From positions 7,736,635 to 7,800,634 of the forward strand of contig CM119263.1 of NCBI GenBank assembly GCA_051294375.1: DNA of 64,000 bases, read 5' to 3'. Positions 41,780 through 53,991 of the stretch are shown here, in pieces. The position numbers and the translations under genes are program-made. Within the stretch, counting starts at the first letter, position 1. Every line of letters starts with the position of its first letter. The notes beneath the pieces are model-generated. The model was not told the DNA's origin and made no database searches. It was given only the letters and a program-made list of their open reading frames with translations. Source of the DNA: Paraspadella gotoi. Taxonomy: Eukaryota > Animalia > Chaetognatha.

Positions 41780-41856
41780 ACGGGTCCTGGGCTTGGAACC
41801 AGGCTTGAGGGTTGCCACGCCCCAAGGCGGCTTACGGCCGTCCTCACGCTTCCCAC
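41780..41856 (-). ncRNA. Twister-like ribozyme candidate, 5' LTR
   Basis: Same core as 41373-41451; predicted U/A site 41834/41833. Confidence 0.6.
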
Positions 41857-42000
41857 AGGGTAGGTACCGCGGTTGGGATTGAACCGCGTACCTAGTGGTC
41901 ATGAGCTGATGGCTTTACTCAATGAGCCACCGGGTCAGGACTGAAGGTGTCATGCTTATAGGCGGGGTGAACCTAGGCAATGCCGACTACAAAATAAATA

Positions 42001-42037
<37 letters not shown>

Positions 42038-42319
42038 AAATAAAAAAAAAGAAAGAAAGAAAGAAAGAAAGAAAAATTTAAAAAAATTATATACGTAGAA
42101 TAAATAAAATAAATAAATTAAATAAATATATGCATACAAAACAAGTTCGGAAAATTCATACGGCAAACTTTTTTAGAAACGGGCAATAGGAACGTAGTTA
42201 TGCAATTGAAAGGGAACAAGGATTTCTTTATGACTTTTCTTCTTTTATCAATTTTGTCTGGGAAAGTCGACCAGAAGAAGAGCGGGTGTGAAATTTAAGG
42301 AAAGATGAAAGAAAGAAAG

Positions 42320-42322
42320 GAG

Positions 42323-42409
<87 letters not shown>

Positions 42410-44035
42410 AAAAAGAAAAAAAGAAAGAAAGAGGGAAATCGCATCCAAACTCCTAAGTCCTAACACTTTCATTTCCTTACTTCTCAACTTTCCTTACCTT
42501 CAAATTGCCGTACCTCCTTTCCTTTTCACCGCCGCCTCGCATTCCATCGCGTCCTCACATCGTCTCATCACAACTCCCTCACCCCCCTTATTCACCCCCC
42601 CCCTCCGGGATTTCAATCTCCCCGAAACCTAAAAAAGGTCCTTTGTTTCCTTCTCTGTTTTCTTAGGGAAACCCAAAGGCCAAGGAGAAGAACCCCGGAT
42701 GTACTCTGGAGGGGCGTGATTGGCCCCTTCTTAACCCATTCACCCGATCTTCACTCAGTTACAACAACAAAAGTACAACGACGACGATCCTCGGCGAAGA
42801 CGATGGCGACGACGATGGACGATGATAGAGATGACAGCTGAGATCGATGACATTCGCAAAACGAAAGGTGAGTTATGAGAGACGCCGAAGAAATAACCGT
42901 TCCCGATCTTTTCTGATTTTTACGCGTCGAAGAAAAACCTTTCTCTTTTTGGGCTTTATTCCGCTTATTTCTACTAGAGCCGAGGCTCAAGAATGTAAAA
43001 ATAAATAAACATTAAACACGTAATGCTTTGCAACACGAAAACAAACAATTCCCGCAATGACAAAGAGGACGATGGAGAATTGACGATGGCGACGACGACG
43101 ATGGGGAATCGACGACCCCTTTCGAGGTGAGCCTCCTGAAGACGACGACGATGAAAACGACAACGACGACGACGACGTAAAGATTTTCTGGTCAGATTTC
43201 ACTGAGAAATAATCCTTTCGATTTTCCCTTCACCGAAATCCAATACGATTTCACGTCACGATTAACGTAAACGACGCCTCTCACCGTTTTCACTCCTTTT
43301 GATCTGGGTTCTTACAAATTTTCATTGTTTTATGTTCTCGCCTTAATCCTTATTTCTTTCTATTTTTTCCTTTTCTTTCTATTACTTTCTTCCCTTTTTT
43401 CTTTCCTTTTTCTTTCCCTCGGAAACCCTTCTTTCCTAATCTTGACTCCCATCTCTCGCGCTGATGTTTTCTTTCTCGTCTTTAGTCCTCGATTTTCGAC
43501 GCGCATCTTCGAAGGTCGGACCGAAATTTTCTTCACGCGGTTACATTTTCGCACAAATAATCTCATATTGTGCTCGTATCTGACGCTTTTTAATTTTGTG
43601 ACTTATACTTATATTTAACTTATGATATGTTTTAATTTTTCGTCAATGCTTGATTAAGCTTTTTGGTAAGATTTTAAAATTAAATCCATTTTTCTCTCTA
43701 ATTTTATTTGATTTTCTCAAAACCTGTTGCATTTTTTTGAGAAAGTACATCATTTTGATTTCACTTCGTATTTCTCCCATTTTTTTTACAATTCTTAAGA
43801 ATAACTCTTCTTTCTTAAAAGTTATTGCAACACCTGATAAACTTGATCAAACGACTTTTAATTCAAGGTTCACGCATTTCACAGTTCGCAACTCACAACT
43901 TTCGGCTTTTGATTTACATCTCACTTTCCGCATCTCGGGATTTCGATCCTCGATTCCTTCTTTCAATTATACGATCCTCTTTCAACTCCTCTTTTTCCGC
44001 GTCAGGGAGTCGATGCCAGAGGAATCCTATTTCCG

Positions 44036-44130
<95 letters not shown>
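42320..44130. repeat. (GAAA)n and (TTTC)n microsatellites
   Basis: Tracts at 42324-42430 and 44036-44130. Confidence 0.9.
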
Positions 44131-44471
44131 ATTTTATACCAGTTTGATGCCCGGTGAATTGAACATCGGGCAATTTCCGTCAGNNNNNNNNNNCGGTCTC
44201 CCTTTTTATCTTCATCTCTTTTTCTCGTAATAGTTTTTTCCCGTGTTTTATTTTCCCGACTTTTCAACGCGATTCACTCCCAATTTCCTCTCAGTTTATT
44301 CTTTTATTTTCCCTTTAATGTTTATTCCTTTTTTTCGTGACTTGATTCGTCTTTTTTTCGATGGTGGGAAAAAACTTCATTCACGACGGTCCACAATTAT
44401 TTACGGTGTCAAAGTTGATATTTATTTTTATACTTTATAAAAAAAATATAATTTGTGTCTCTTTTTTCTCA

Positions 44472-44515
<44 letters not shown>

Positions 44516-44640
44516 CCACCTTTCGTCACTCACTCCCTTCATTTTCAAACGTCAGTCACAAATACATTTCCATTAATACCTTTCACTTTTCTCAAAACAA
44601 ATTCGTCGTTCAGATGCTACGCCGCTAAAAAAAAAAAAAG

Positions 44641-47600
44641 ATGAGGAAAGACTTTTTATCCATCGTTGCCTTCGTCGTCGTCTTCATCGTCTCTCCATCG
44701 AATACATTCTCCCTCTTCGAGAGTTCTTCCTCACACACATGGATCTTCGGCCCCTGGAACGAATGCTCTGTCTCTTGCGGCGGCGGCGTAAAAACTCGTA
44801 ACGTCTCTTGCACCGAAACCGGAAACTTTAAGATCGTCGCCAACCGGAACTGCCAGGGCTCGCCCAAGCCGCCCGTCGACGCCCCGTGCAACGAGCGACC
44901 CTGTCCGTCGGATTGGATCGCGAGGGAGTGGGGAGAGTGTCGAGCAAAATGCGGCGAGAAGGGACTGCGATCGAGGGAGGTCTTCTGCGGTCAATTGGTC
45001 GGAGGAGATTACTCGGTGAAGAGCGAAGAGGAGTGTTCCGCAGCAGACCGTCCGCCGAAGGAAGAAGATTGCCAAAGCCCCCGATGTCCAGAGTGGAAAG
45101 CGGGCACTTGGTCGAGATGCAACGTCGCTTGCGGCAGTGGATTCAGAACGAGAAAGGTCGAATGCCTTTCCGGAGGCGGGAATCGAACCTGCCCCAAAAA
45201 AGCGATGCCTATTCTTGTCGAACCCTGCGTCGAAATGCCATGCGAAGGCGTGGAGTGGGTCGTCTCTGACTGGAGTCCCTGTGACGGAACCTGCGAGGGG
45301 AAATCGGTGCAGACTCGAGTCGCTGTCTGCATGGGCAAGTCCGGCGCAGCCTTTAAAGACGAATATTGCGAAGAAGAGAAGAAGCCGGAGACCAAGCGAT
45401 CCTGCGTTTTGCCAGCAGACTCTTGCTCGCCCGTTTGGCACGAGTCCGAGTGGAGCCGATGCTCAGCCTTTTGCGGCAAAGGCGTCCAACTGCGCTCAGT
45501 CTTTTGCGTGATCCGAAGCGCGGAGTCTTTCGTCGTTGTTGACGAAGATAGATGTGCAAAGATCAAGAAGCCGGAGGAGAAGAGAGAATGCGTCGTCGAA
45601 GACTGCGGCGGAGTGTGGGTGTCTGCTCCGTGGAGTCCGTGCTCTGCCACTTGCAGCAAAGGAGCTAGAAAGAGAACGCTTTTTTGCATAAAGGGAAGCG
45701 TCAGTGTTGAGGAAAAGTTTTGCAACAGAGAGGACCGTCCCTCCCAGGCTGAGGAATGCAATGAACGACCATGCCAAGACAATAATGNNNNNNNNNNTCA
45801 AGAAGCCGGAGGAGAAGAGAGAATGCGTCGTCGAAGACTGCGGCGGAGTCTGGGTGTCTGCTCCGTGGAGTCCGTGCTCTGCCACTTGCAGCAAAGGAGC
45901 TAGAAAGAGAACGCTTTTTTGCATAAAGGGAAGCGTCAGTGTTGAGGAAAAGTTTTGCAACAGAGAGGACCGTCNNNNNNNNNNGATGAGAAAACTCCTT
46001 CAGGACCGAATGGCATTGGATGTCCCATAACATTTTCCTGCGAGGAAAGCTTATGGGGTTGTTGCCCCGACGGGGTTACGCCAGCTAATGGAGAAAATCA
46101 AGGCGGATGTGAGGAAATTCCCGATCTCTCATGTCGGTACAGTGTTTTTGGTTGCTGTTCCGATGGGGAAACCAAAGCCCTCGACTTTAACGGTCGAGGA
46201 TGTCCTGATCCAACTGAAGGATCAGGAGAAATTGATTACGAGGACGATTGTAGGTCAAGCATCTATGGATGCTGCCCTGATGGAATAACTTCTGCCTGGG
46301 GTTATGATTTTTTTGGCTGCAGCGACTTTAGTTCAGAAGTGTTCCCACCAAATCCGGAGGAAAACAGGTTTGATGAAAATTACATTGACCAGTCATGTTC
46401 ACATTCCTTATTCGGTTGTTGCCCAGACGAAAAAACTGCAGCCACAGGTCCGAATTTTGTTGGTTGTTTATTTACTGAGATAGATGAGGAAACTAATTTC
46501 CATCATGAAGAATTGATTACATGCGTGGAAACACAGTTTGGATGTTGTCCTGATGGAAGGACTGAAGCAAAGGGAAGTAATTACGAGGGATGTACAAGTG
46601 TAGAAAACTGTGAATATACTTTATATGGTTGTTGTTCTGACGGCATAACACCTGCCCTTGGCAAGAATTATTTTGGATGTGTTAATAACATCGGAGTTAA
46701 GAATACCTGCTTAGATTCTTTGTTTGGTTGTTGCCCCGATGGAGTTTTAGAAGCAGATGGTCCAAATTATGCCGGTTGCCCTATAATAACGAAACACACA
46801 ACAACAGTCCCAACTATAACAACAACAACAACCACTGATGATTTTATCACTAAAGTCTTTGAAAGTACTTCTGAGATTACTAGTTGCGCTGACAGTACAT
46901 ATGGGTGTTGCCCTGATGGCATTAACTTTGCCCAAGGATCTAAGTTTCAAAATTGTTCAGCTACTTCTGAAACCTGTTTTGAATCTCAATTTGGTTGTTG
47001 CCCAGATGGAGTAAGTCCTGCAAAAGGGTTTGAGCTAGAAGGATGCCCTTACAGCCTACAGTTCAGGGAAAATTATTGCTCACAACCACATGATACTGGA
47101 CCAGGAAGAAACTTTGAGGTCAAATGGTATTTCGACCTTTCCCTAGGCGGATGTAGAAGATTTTGGTACGGCGGAGTAGAAGGAAACTTAAATAAATTTG
47201 ACAGTGAAGAAGTTTGCAAACGTTCTTGCGTTGAACCAACTGGAATCGATATTTGCTATTTGCCAAAAGTTTCTGGACGCTGCGGAGCAAATTTGCTTAG
47301 GTATTACTACGATTCAAGCTCTTCTCAGTGTAAGCCATTTTCTTTTGGAGGCTGCCTTGGAAATCGCAATAATTTTGAAACTATTGAAGACTGCTCAAAA
47401 TTTTGTATGAAGTCACAATTTGATAAAATTTGCTCACAAAGATTAGACGTTGGCCCGTGCAAGGGAAAGTTTAAACGATGGTACTATGATGAAATTGAAA
47501 ATGAATGTTCTATGTTTGATTATGGCGGCTGTAAAGGCAATAAGAATAATTTTGTTAGCATTGAACTATGTCAGCAACAGTGCCTCATTGCAAACAGAAA

Positions 47601-50600
47601 TGACATTTGCAATTTGCCCTCGTTACATGGTCCTTGCAATTTGAAAAAGAAATTATGGTATTATGATACCAGAACAGCAGATTGCCAACAATTTGTCTAT
47701 GGAGGATGTGAAGGCAATCAAAATCGTTTTAAGTCAAAGGAAAGTTGTACAAAAGTTTGCGGTAAAACAAAGCCCTTAAGGCAACAAATTTGCCAGCTTG
47801 AGAAAGCTGCTGGAACTTGTTCATCTTCTTTTCAAAGGTGGTATTTTGATAGATCCGAATCTCTTTGTAAACCTTTTGTCTATAGTGGTTGTCAAGGTAA
47901 TCTTAATAGATTCAAAACAGAATCAGATTGCAGAAATAAATGTGGCGGTCCCACTCCAACAAATGCTTGTAGTTTGCTTCCAGAACGAGGGTCTTGTTCT
48001 AATTGGCAGCTGTATTATTATTACAACAGTACAAAGGATATGTGTATGCCTTTTTATTACGGGGGATGTGGAGGAAATCAAAACAGATTTTCTAGTTTAG
48101 AGGAATGCAAGAAACGATGTCCAGCGAAATCAGAAAATGTGTGTAAAATTCCAAGAGACCCTGGAAATTGCAATATGAAACTTAACCGATGGTATTTTGA
48201 TGATACTACAAACTCATGTGAAGAATTCATCTATACAGGATGTTCAGGAAATCAAAATAGATTCTCAACCCAGAGTGAATGCCAAGCGACATGTGCTTAT
48301 TTGCTAGAGAGACCAATGATTCAAATCAAGCCAACGCCAAGAGAATTGACAACAATAGCAACCATAACCACACAAATGCCAGAAGAATCAACTATGCATC
48401 CAATATTGACCCTAAATTCTGAGAAAAACATCAGCCAAAGTTCATTATGTAGCTTAGACCCCACAGGAATTAGATGCTCGGATTCAAATGAAAAACCAAA
48501 GCCCAGATGGTATTATAACTACAGAACTCAAACTTGCCGACAATTTTCTTTTCTTGGATGTGGAGCAAATTCCAACAATTTTATAACTAGAGAAGATTGT
48601 GAATTTGCCTGTTTAAATGTAATGTCCAAAGCTCAGCAAGTTATTCAGATCAGAGATAACGAGGTTCAAATCATTCCATTGATTGATACTATATCTCAGA
48701 CAGATGTTTGCAAACTCAGGCCGAGTTATGGAGAATGCAATGATAAAATTCGACGGTGGTATTATGAACCAATGGTCAAACAATGTTTGGAGTTCTTATT
48801 TTCTGGTTGTCAAGGAAACGGTAATAATTTTCTCAGTAAAATTGAATGTAAAGAAACGTGTATGGGGATAACGGATGATCCAAAGCCAGAGTTTGTAATC
48901 ACGACGGCCATTCCCGAGTTAGAGGATGTCTGCCGATTAAAAGAAGACACCGGGCCATGCACGCAGTACACGCAAAGGTATTACTACGACACACAGACCA
49001 AAGAATGTCTTGCATTCATTTTTGGAGGCTGCAGCGGAAACGGGAACAACTTTGTGTCGAGACAGGATTGCATGGACGCCTGCAAGAAAGCGGCGGATCC
49101 CTCAGAAAGCCAATGCGAGATACCTCAATCTCGAGGCCCCTGTCGCGCTTCGATCAAACAGTTTTATTACGACACGATGAGAAACTATTGTTTCGAGTTC
49201 ATCTACGGCGGCTGCGGCGGAAACAGCAACAGATTCGAAAATCTAGAAGATTGTTTGGCTAAATGCGCGCCATCGACTCTGCCGAAGAAAGGAGTCAACA
49301 AGGATTCGTCATTGCCCAAACCCTGTACTTACCACCCGGATCAAGGACCCTGTTACGGTAGACAAGAAAAATGGTACTTTGATTCAAACGCCATGCGCTG
49401 CAGAACTTTCGTGTATGGCGGTTGCCAGGGTAACAAAAACCGCTTTGGCAATCGGCAGGAATGCGAAGCGACCTGCAATATGCGTCAGACCAACTACCAA
49501 GTGTGCTCCCTACCGAAATTGACTGGCCCATGCAAAGGAGCTTACATCAAGTGGTATTGGGATGACGACGCGCGCATCTGTCGCAGGTTTTATTACGGGG
49601 GCTGCGAAGGCAATGAGAACAGATTTGAAACAGAAGACGATTGCCTGGTTAAGTGCGGTTCCAAAGAGTCGGAGCAATGCTTAAAGCAGCGTTGTGATAA
49701 AAATTGTTCCTACGGCTTGGAGAAAGATTCGCGCGGATGTCAAATGTGTTCTTGCCTTAATCCCTGCAAAGATCAAATATGCGCCGACAATGAGCGCTGT
49801 TTTGTTGAACCATGCAAAGCTGGGGAGGATTGTCGCTTTAAACCCCAATGTCGTGCAAATGAAAAACCGGGTTTCTGTCCCGCCCAACACTCTGAAAATC
49901 TTTCGTGCAGCATCTCTTGTAACCACGATTACTCTTGTCCAGCCGACACTAAGTGCTGCTTCGACGGATGCGGCAAAAGTTGCATGCAGCCAATCCGAGA
50001 TGCATCGCCAATCTCTCCACCCGAAGCAGATTGCCGCTTGTCTCTCTTCGGCTGCTGCCCCGACGGAATCAGCGCCGCTCAAGGTTACAACTTCAAGGAT
50101 TGCCCCCAGGAAAAAGCGACGATCGTCTCGGGAAGCGCCGAGGAGCTTGTTTTCATCAACGGTCGAGGCGGCAGAATTGATTGCGTCGCCCGAGGATTTC
50201 CGCGTCCGCAAGTTAACTGGTATTTTAACCGGTCGCCAATCACGGACGACGACGACGAATTCGAGCTTCGCGATAACGGGACGCTCGTCGTTCGGACGGC
50301 AAAGCCTTGGAATCGCGGGATCTACACTTGTCGGGCCTTCAACGGCGTCGGCCTTCCCGTGACCAACGACTTTCGTGTCGTCGTCGTCTCGCCGCCGGTC
50401 ATCCTCTCTCAGTCCCAACGCTTCGTCGCACGAGCCGGGGACGACGTCTCTCTCGAATGTCGACATTCGGGGGATCCCGAACCGGAATATTTCTGGATGA
50501 AGGTAAACAGCGAAACAGATCTCATGAGTTTCTTATTATAATAAGTCAGCTGAAAACTAGCATATTAGCATAACATTTTTAGGAAATATCTAGAATGTTT

Positions 50601-51519
50601 TTTTTTTCAAAACTTAAAAACGGATTGTAAATTTTAATTATTTTCATAATGGAGTTACAAGATATTTCGATTTTAGGCACTGTTACTCAATTTTTGAAAG
50701 GAAAATTATACATGTATTATCAGTGTGTGCTTGCGATGTCGTTAAGTAGATAAGAAAAATAATGATTGATGAATTAAAACTTTAATTTTCCACACAATTT
50801 TACAAGATTGAATTGCTTTTTTGATAGAAAAAATAAAAAAAACATTTTTTTTCCGACTCAAGGATCGAATTCCGCTGCCGCAAAACTCTGACGATCACGT
50901 GACATTCGTCAACCAATCGCTGCGCATCGCAAGAGTCCTCCCGCGGCACGCCGGCTTCTACGAGTGCGTCGTAAACAACGGTGTTGGCGACGCGATGGCG
51001 CTGCGTCACACCCTCCAAGTCGAGCGAAATCTGCAAGCGTCAATAGGGGATCACAAAGGCTCCTACCTCGAGGGCGACGACGTGACGCTCCTCTGCTCCG
51101 TTACTGGATCTACGGATCGACTGCAACTGACTTGGTTCCGAGACCGGGAGGCGCTGACGACCGATTCGGGCCGAGTTGTCCTCGCCGACGACGGCCGATC
51201 TCTCCGAGTCGCCAACGTGACGATGAAAGACGGTGGAACGTACGTCTGTCGAGTGGACGACGGACTGGGCGTGGCTCGCGCGGAGACGCTGGTCGTCGTC
51301 GAGGCAAGGGCGACGCCGCCGCCTCCACCGGCGCCACGAGCGCCCGAAGGTTGCCTCGACAATCGGCTCCTCGCGAATTGCAGACTCATCGTTGCCGCTA
51401 AAATGTGCAAGAACCGCTACTACAAAAAATTCTGCTGTCGATCCTGCTTTGATTCTGGACAAGTCGGCATGAAGGATTTGAGAAAGAGGTTCGGTCGAAA
51501 TGTTTATACTATTAAATAA
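44641..51519 (+). CDS. PAPLN: Papilin-like extracellular matrix protein: signal peptide, 6 TSP1, ~10 GCCPDG Cys-rich repeats, 13 Kunitz, antistasin-like, WAP, 3 Ig, PLAC; exons 44641-50502 (interrupted by two N gaps) and 50863-51519
   Basis: WxxxxWxxCSxxCG TSP1 repeats; CxxSxFGCCPDG repeats; Kunitz FxYGGCxGNxNRF; [14 protein letters not shown]; Ig WYFN...GIYTC; [36 protein letters not shown]; intron 50503-50862 GT-AG phase 0. Confidence 0.92.
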
Positions 51520-53044
51520 AAAAATAACGATTTATGGAATGTCATGGTTTTCTCTTAATATTGAGTCTTCAGTAAGAGATTCAGCGAATAGCATAACGTA
51601 TCTACTCTTTTACTTTTTGTATTTATCAATGATTATAAAAATTTAACTTTTGTAATCCCAATCTAATCGCGCTTTTATATTTGATGTGTTTTTTTAAAAG
51701 AAGTTTAGTAGATTCACGTATTCACCACAGATTTTTTATCATTCCTGTAAATTTTTCATATTTTATAATTTTATTCTCTTTCCAATAAATTCTACATTTA
51801 AAAACATTAAATTTTTTATTTCATAAACCTAACGTCACTTGACGATTAAAACGCCCGTCCTCCAGGTGCCTCCTAAAGACACTTTGTCTTATCGAAAAAC
51901 CGCAACAACTTCGATAAATCCCAAACACAAACAAAACCCTCTGATCTGAAAATTCAAAAATCCGCCCGCAGAATTTTTCACTCGCGCCAAAATTTTTTTT
52001 TTGTGTCGTTCAATTACGGGTTTCCCGCGGTTTTCCGAGGAGGCAATGACGACGACAATGACGACGACGACGAAACAGACAACGACATCGGCGTCCCGCG
52101 ATCCACCTGCCGAATTGGTCGTCACGTGACTTGGAATTTGTCCCTTCGACGACGACGACGACAGCGACGATGATTAAGGGAAGAGGATTTTCAAGATCGA
52201 ATGGAATTCGGATTTTTTTTTCAATTAGTTGGGGGGGAGGAAGGGGGAGAATTCCAAAATAGCGTTGGAATCGATTTTGATCAAATTCGTTCGTCACGAA
52301 TTTGAATATGCAATTTTGAGTGTCTCTAACACTGTCTAAAAGAAATAGGCTTTGTCAGCAAACTATCGTACAATAGACTTAAGTTTTTCTTTGAGTTAAG
52401 AACTCCAATGGCTAAAAAAAAAAAAAGAAAATCGAACTGGTTGATAATAATCAAAGACGGGAATTTCAATTTCAGCGCCATCTTTGCGATCTTCCGTTCG
52501 CCCGAGTTTGCGTGCACTCCGCCCTCAGCTTCCTCTCCACGCGCCGAGTCGCGGGGTTTTTTTTTTCGTCGCACGCGCCTGTCGTGTCATCGCGGAAAAA
52601 TCGAGCACGCTTCAACGTTTTTATGGGTGATCGACTGTCTGTTGGTTGGTTAGTCTCTTGGTATTTCCTTCCGTCTGTCTAACTGCCTCGCTGCCTTTTT
52701 GTCTGTCTGACTGTCTGTCCGTCTGTCTATATGTCTGCATGTCTTTTGTTTTGTCTGTTAGGCTTTCTGTCCTTCAGTCTCTGTGTCGTTTCCCTCGATC
52801 GTTTCTTCTTGTCGATCCGTGCGTTCAGACAAAGCGGTTTTTCAGCCTTTATGTGAGCCTGTCATTCTGAGAACGTCGGTCGATCTATGTCAATCTGTCA
52901 GTTTTTCAAGCTTCATAATCTATTTTTGCTTTTCTCCCTTTCCTGTCTCCCTCGACCCTTTCCTATCCATTTTTCCTTCGAAGAGTCGGCAAGCAGGTGG
53001 GCCACGCGACAGAGAGAGGAGAAAAAGAAGAGGCGAGGGAGGAA

Positions 53045-53103
<59 letters not shown>

Positions 53104-53991
53104 CAAAAAAAATCAATGAGCGCGTTTTTCCAACGATTTTCGCGTGCGGCCAGTAGGGTAAATGAAGGCGGAGAAGACAGAGAGAGGGAGCGAGGGAGGC
53201 TGAGGAAAAGAGTTAAGAAAATGGGATAGAGGGGGAGAGAGAAAATGTGGAGAGAAAGAGCAAACCTAAAAGGACGAGAAAGGAAATCGCGTGGCGTAAG
53301 GGCGGGGGTGGAGGTAAGGGGGGAGAGAAGGAGGAAAGGGGGGATGAAAGGAAATGAAAGCCACGGGGTCAAACTGAGGCAGCGGAAAGAAAAAATCATG
53401 TCGCGTGCCAAGTTAATTAATGGTAATGATTCTTTACGGAAAATACCGTTCGTTGAAGTATTGAAATAAATTTCCTCCCTTTTTTGACTGTTGGTTTTAT
53501 TCGAAACTCAATATCGTTACAAAAATAAAATTTGTATTTAACTAAATGTGTTTCAGTTGTCAACGAAGATATAAATCAAATTCTACATTCCCTCCACCCG
53601 CAATTGTCTACTTCACGTTCGAACCCCAAACCCCAGTTCCCCTCCACCCAATCCACTCTCTTCCCCTTAACCCTTATCATCCTTCTCTTCTCTAAGTTTG
53701 TTCAGCGACTCGACGCTTCATCGACTTTTTGACGCTCCTCGCGCGACATCGTCGATCGTAGCACCTGCTGGACCGTTCCTCCCACACCGCCCCCCCCAGT
53801 TCTAAGTCCCCCTTCCTCCCTTTATCTCTTTCGGTCGAAACTTCATCGATGATTCTCTCCTCTCTTTTTTTTCTTGCTCGTTCTCCACCCTTTCCTCCGT
53901 CGCATGCGGTCCATAACGACAACTTTCCGATTCCCAAATTGATCTGTACGTACATTGTTTTATCCGNNNNNNNNNNNNNNNNNNNNNNNNN

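Larger units (their letters stand above)
41303..41991 (-). mobile_element. TRIM (non-autonomous LTR retroelement) with tRNA-derived Pol III promoter in its LTRs, Helenus-like
   Basis: Two 284-bp LTRs (41708-41991, 41303-41586) bounded TGT...ACA; 121-bp internal region; PBS TGGTGAGCCC (41706-41697); PPT GGGGGGCA before the 3' LTR; AAAT on both flanks; A box TGGCTCA and B box GGTTCAATCC in each LTR. Confidence 0.9.

Noticed and set aside
45798-45974. Extra seventh TSP1 repeat and frameshift in papilin
   Set aside because: Near-exact copy of ~45563-45739 between two N gaps; assembly artefact.
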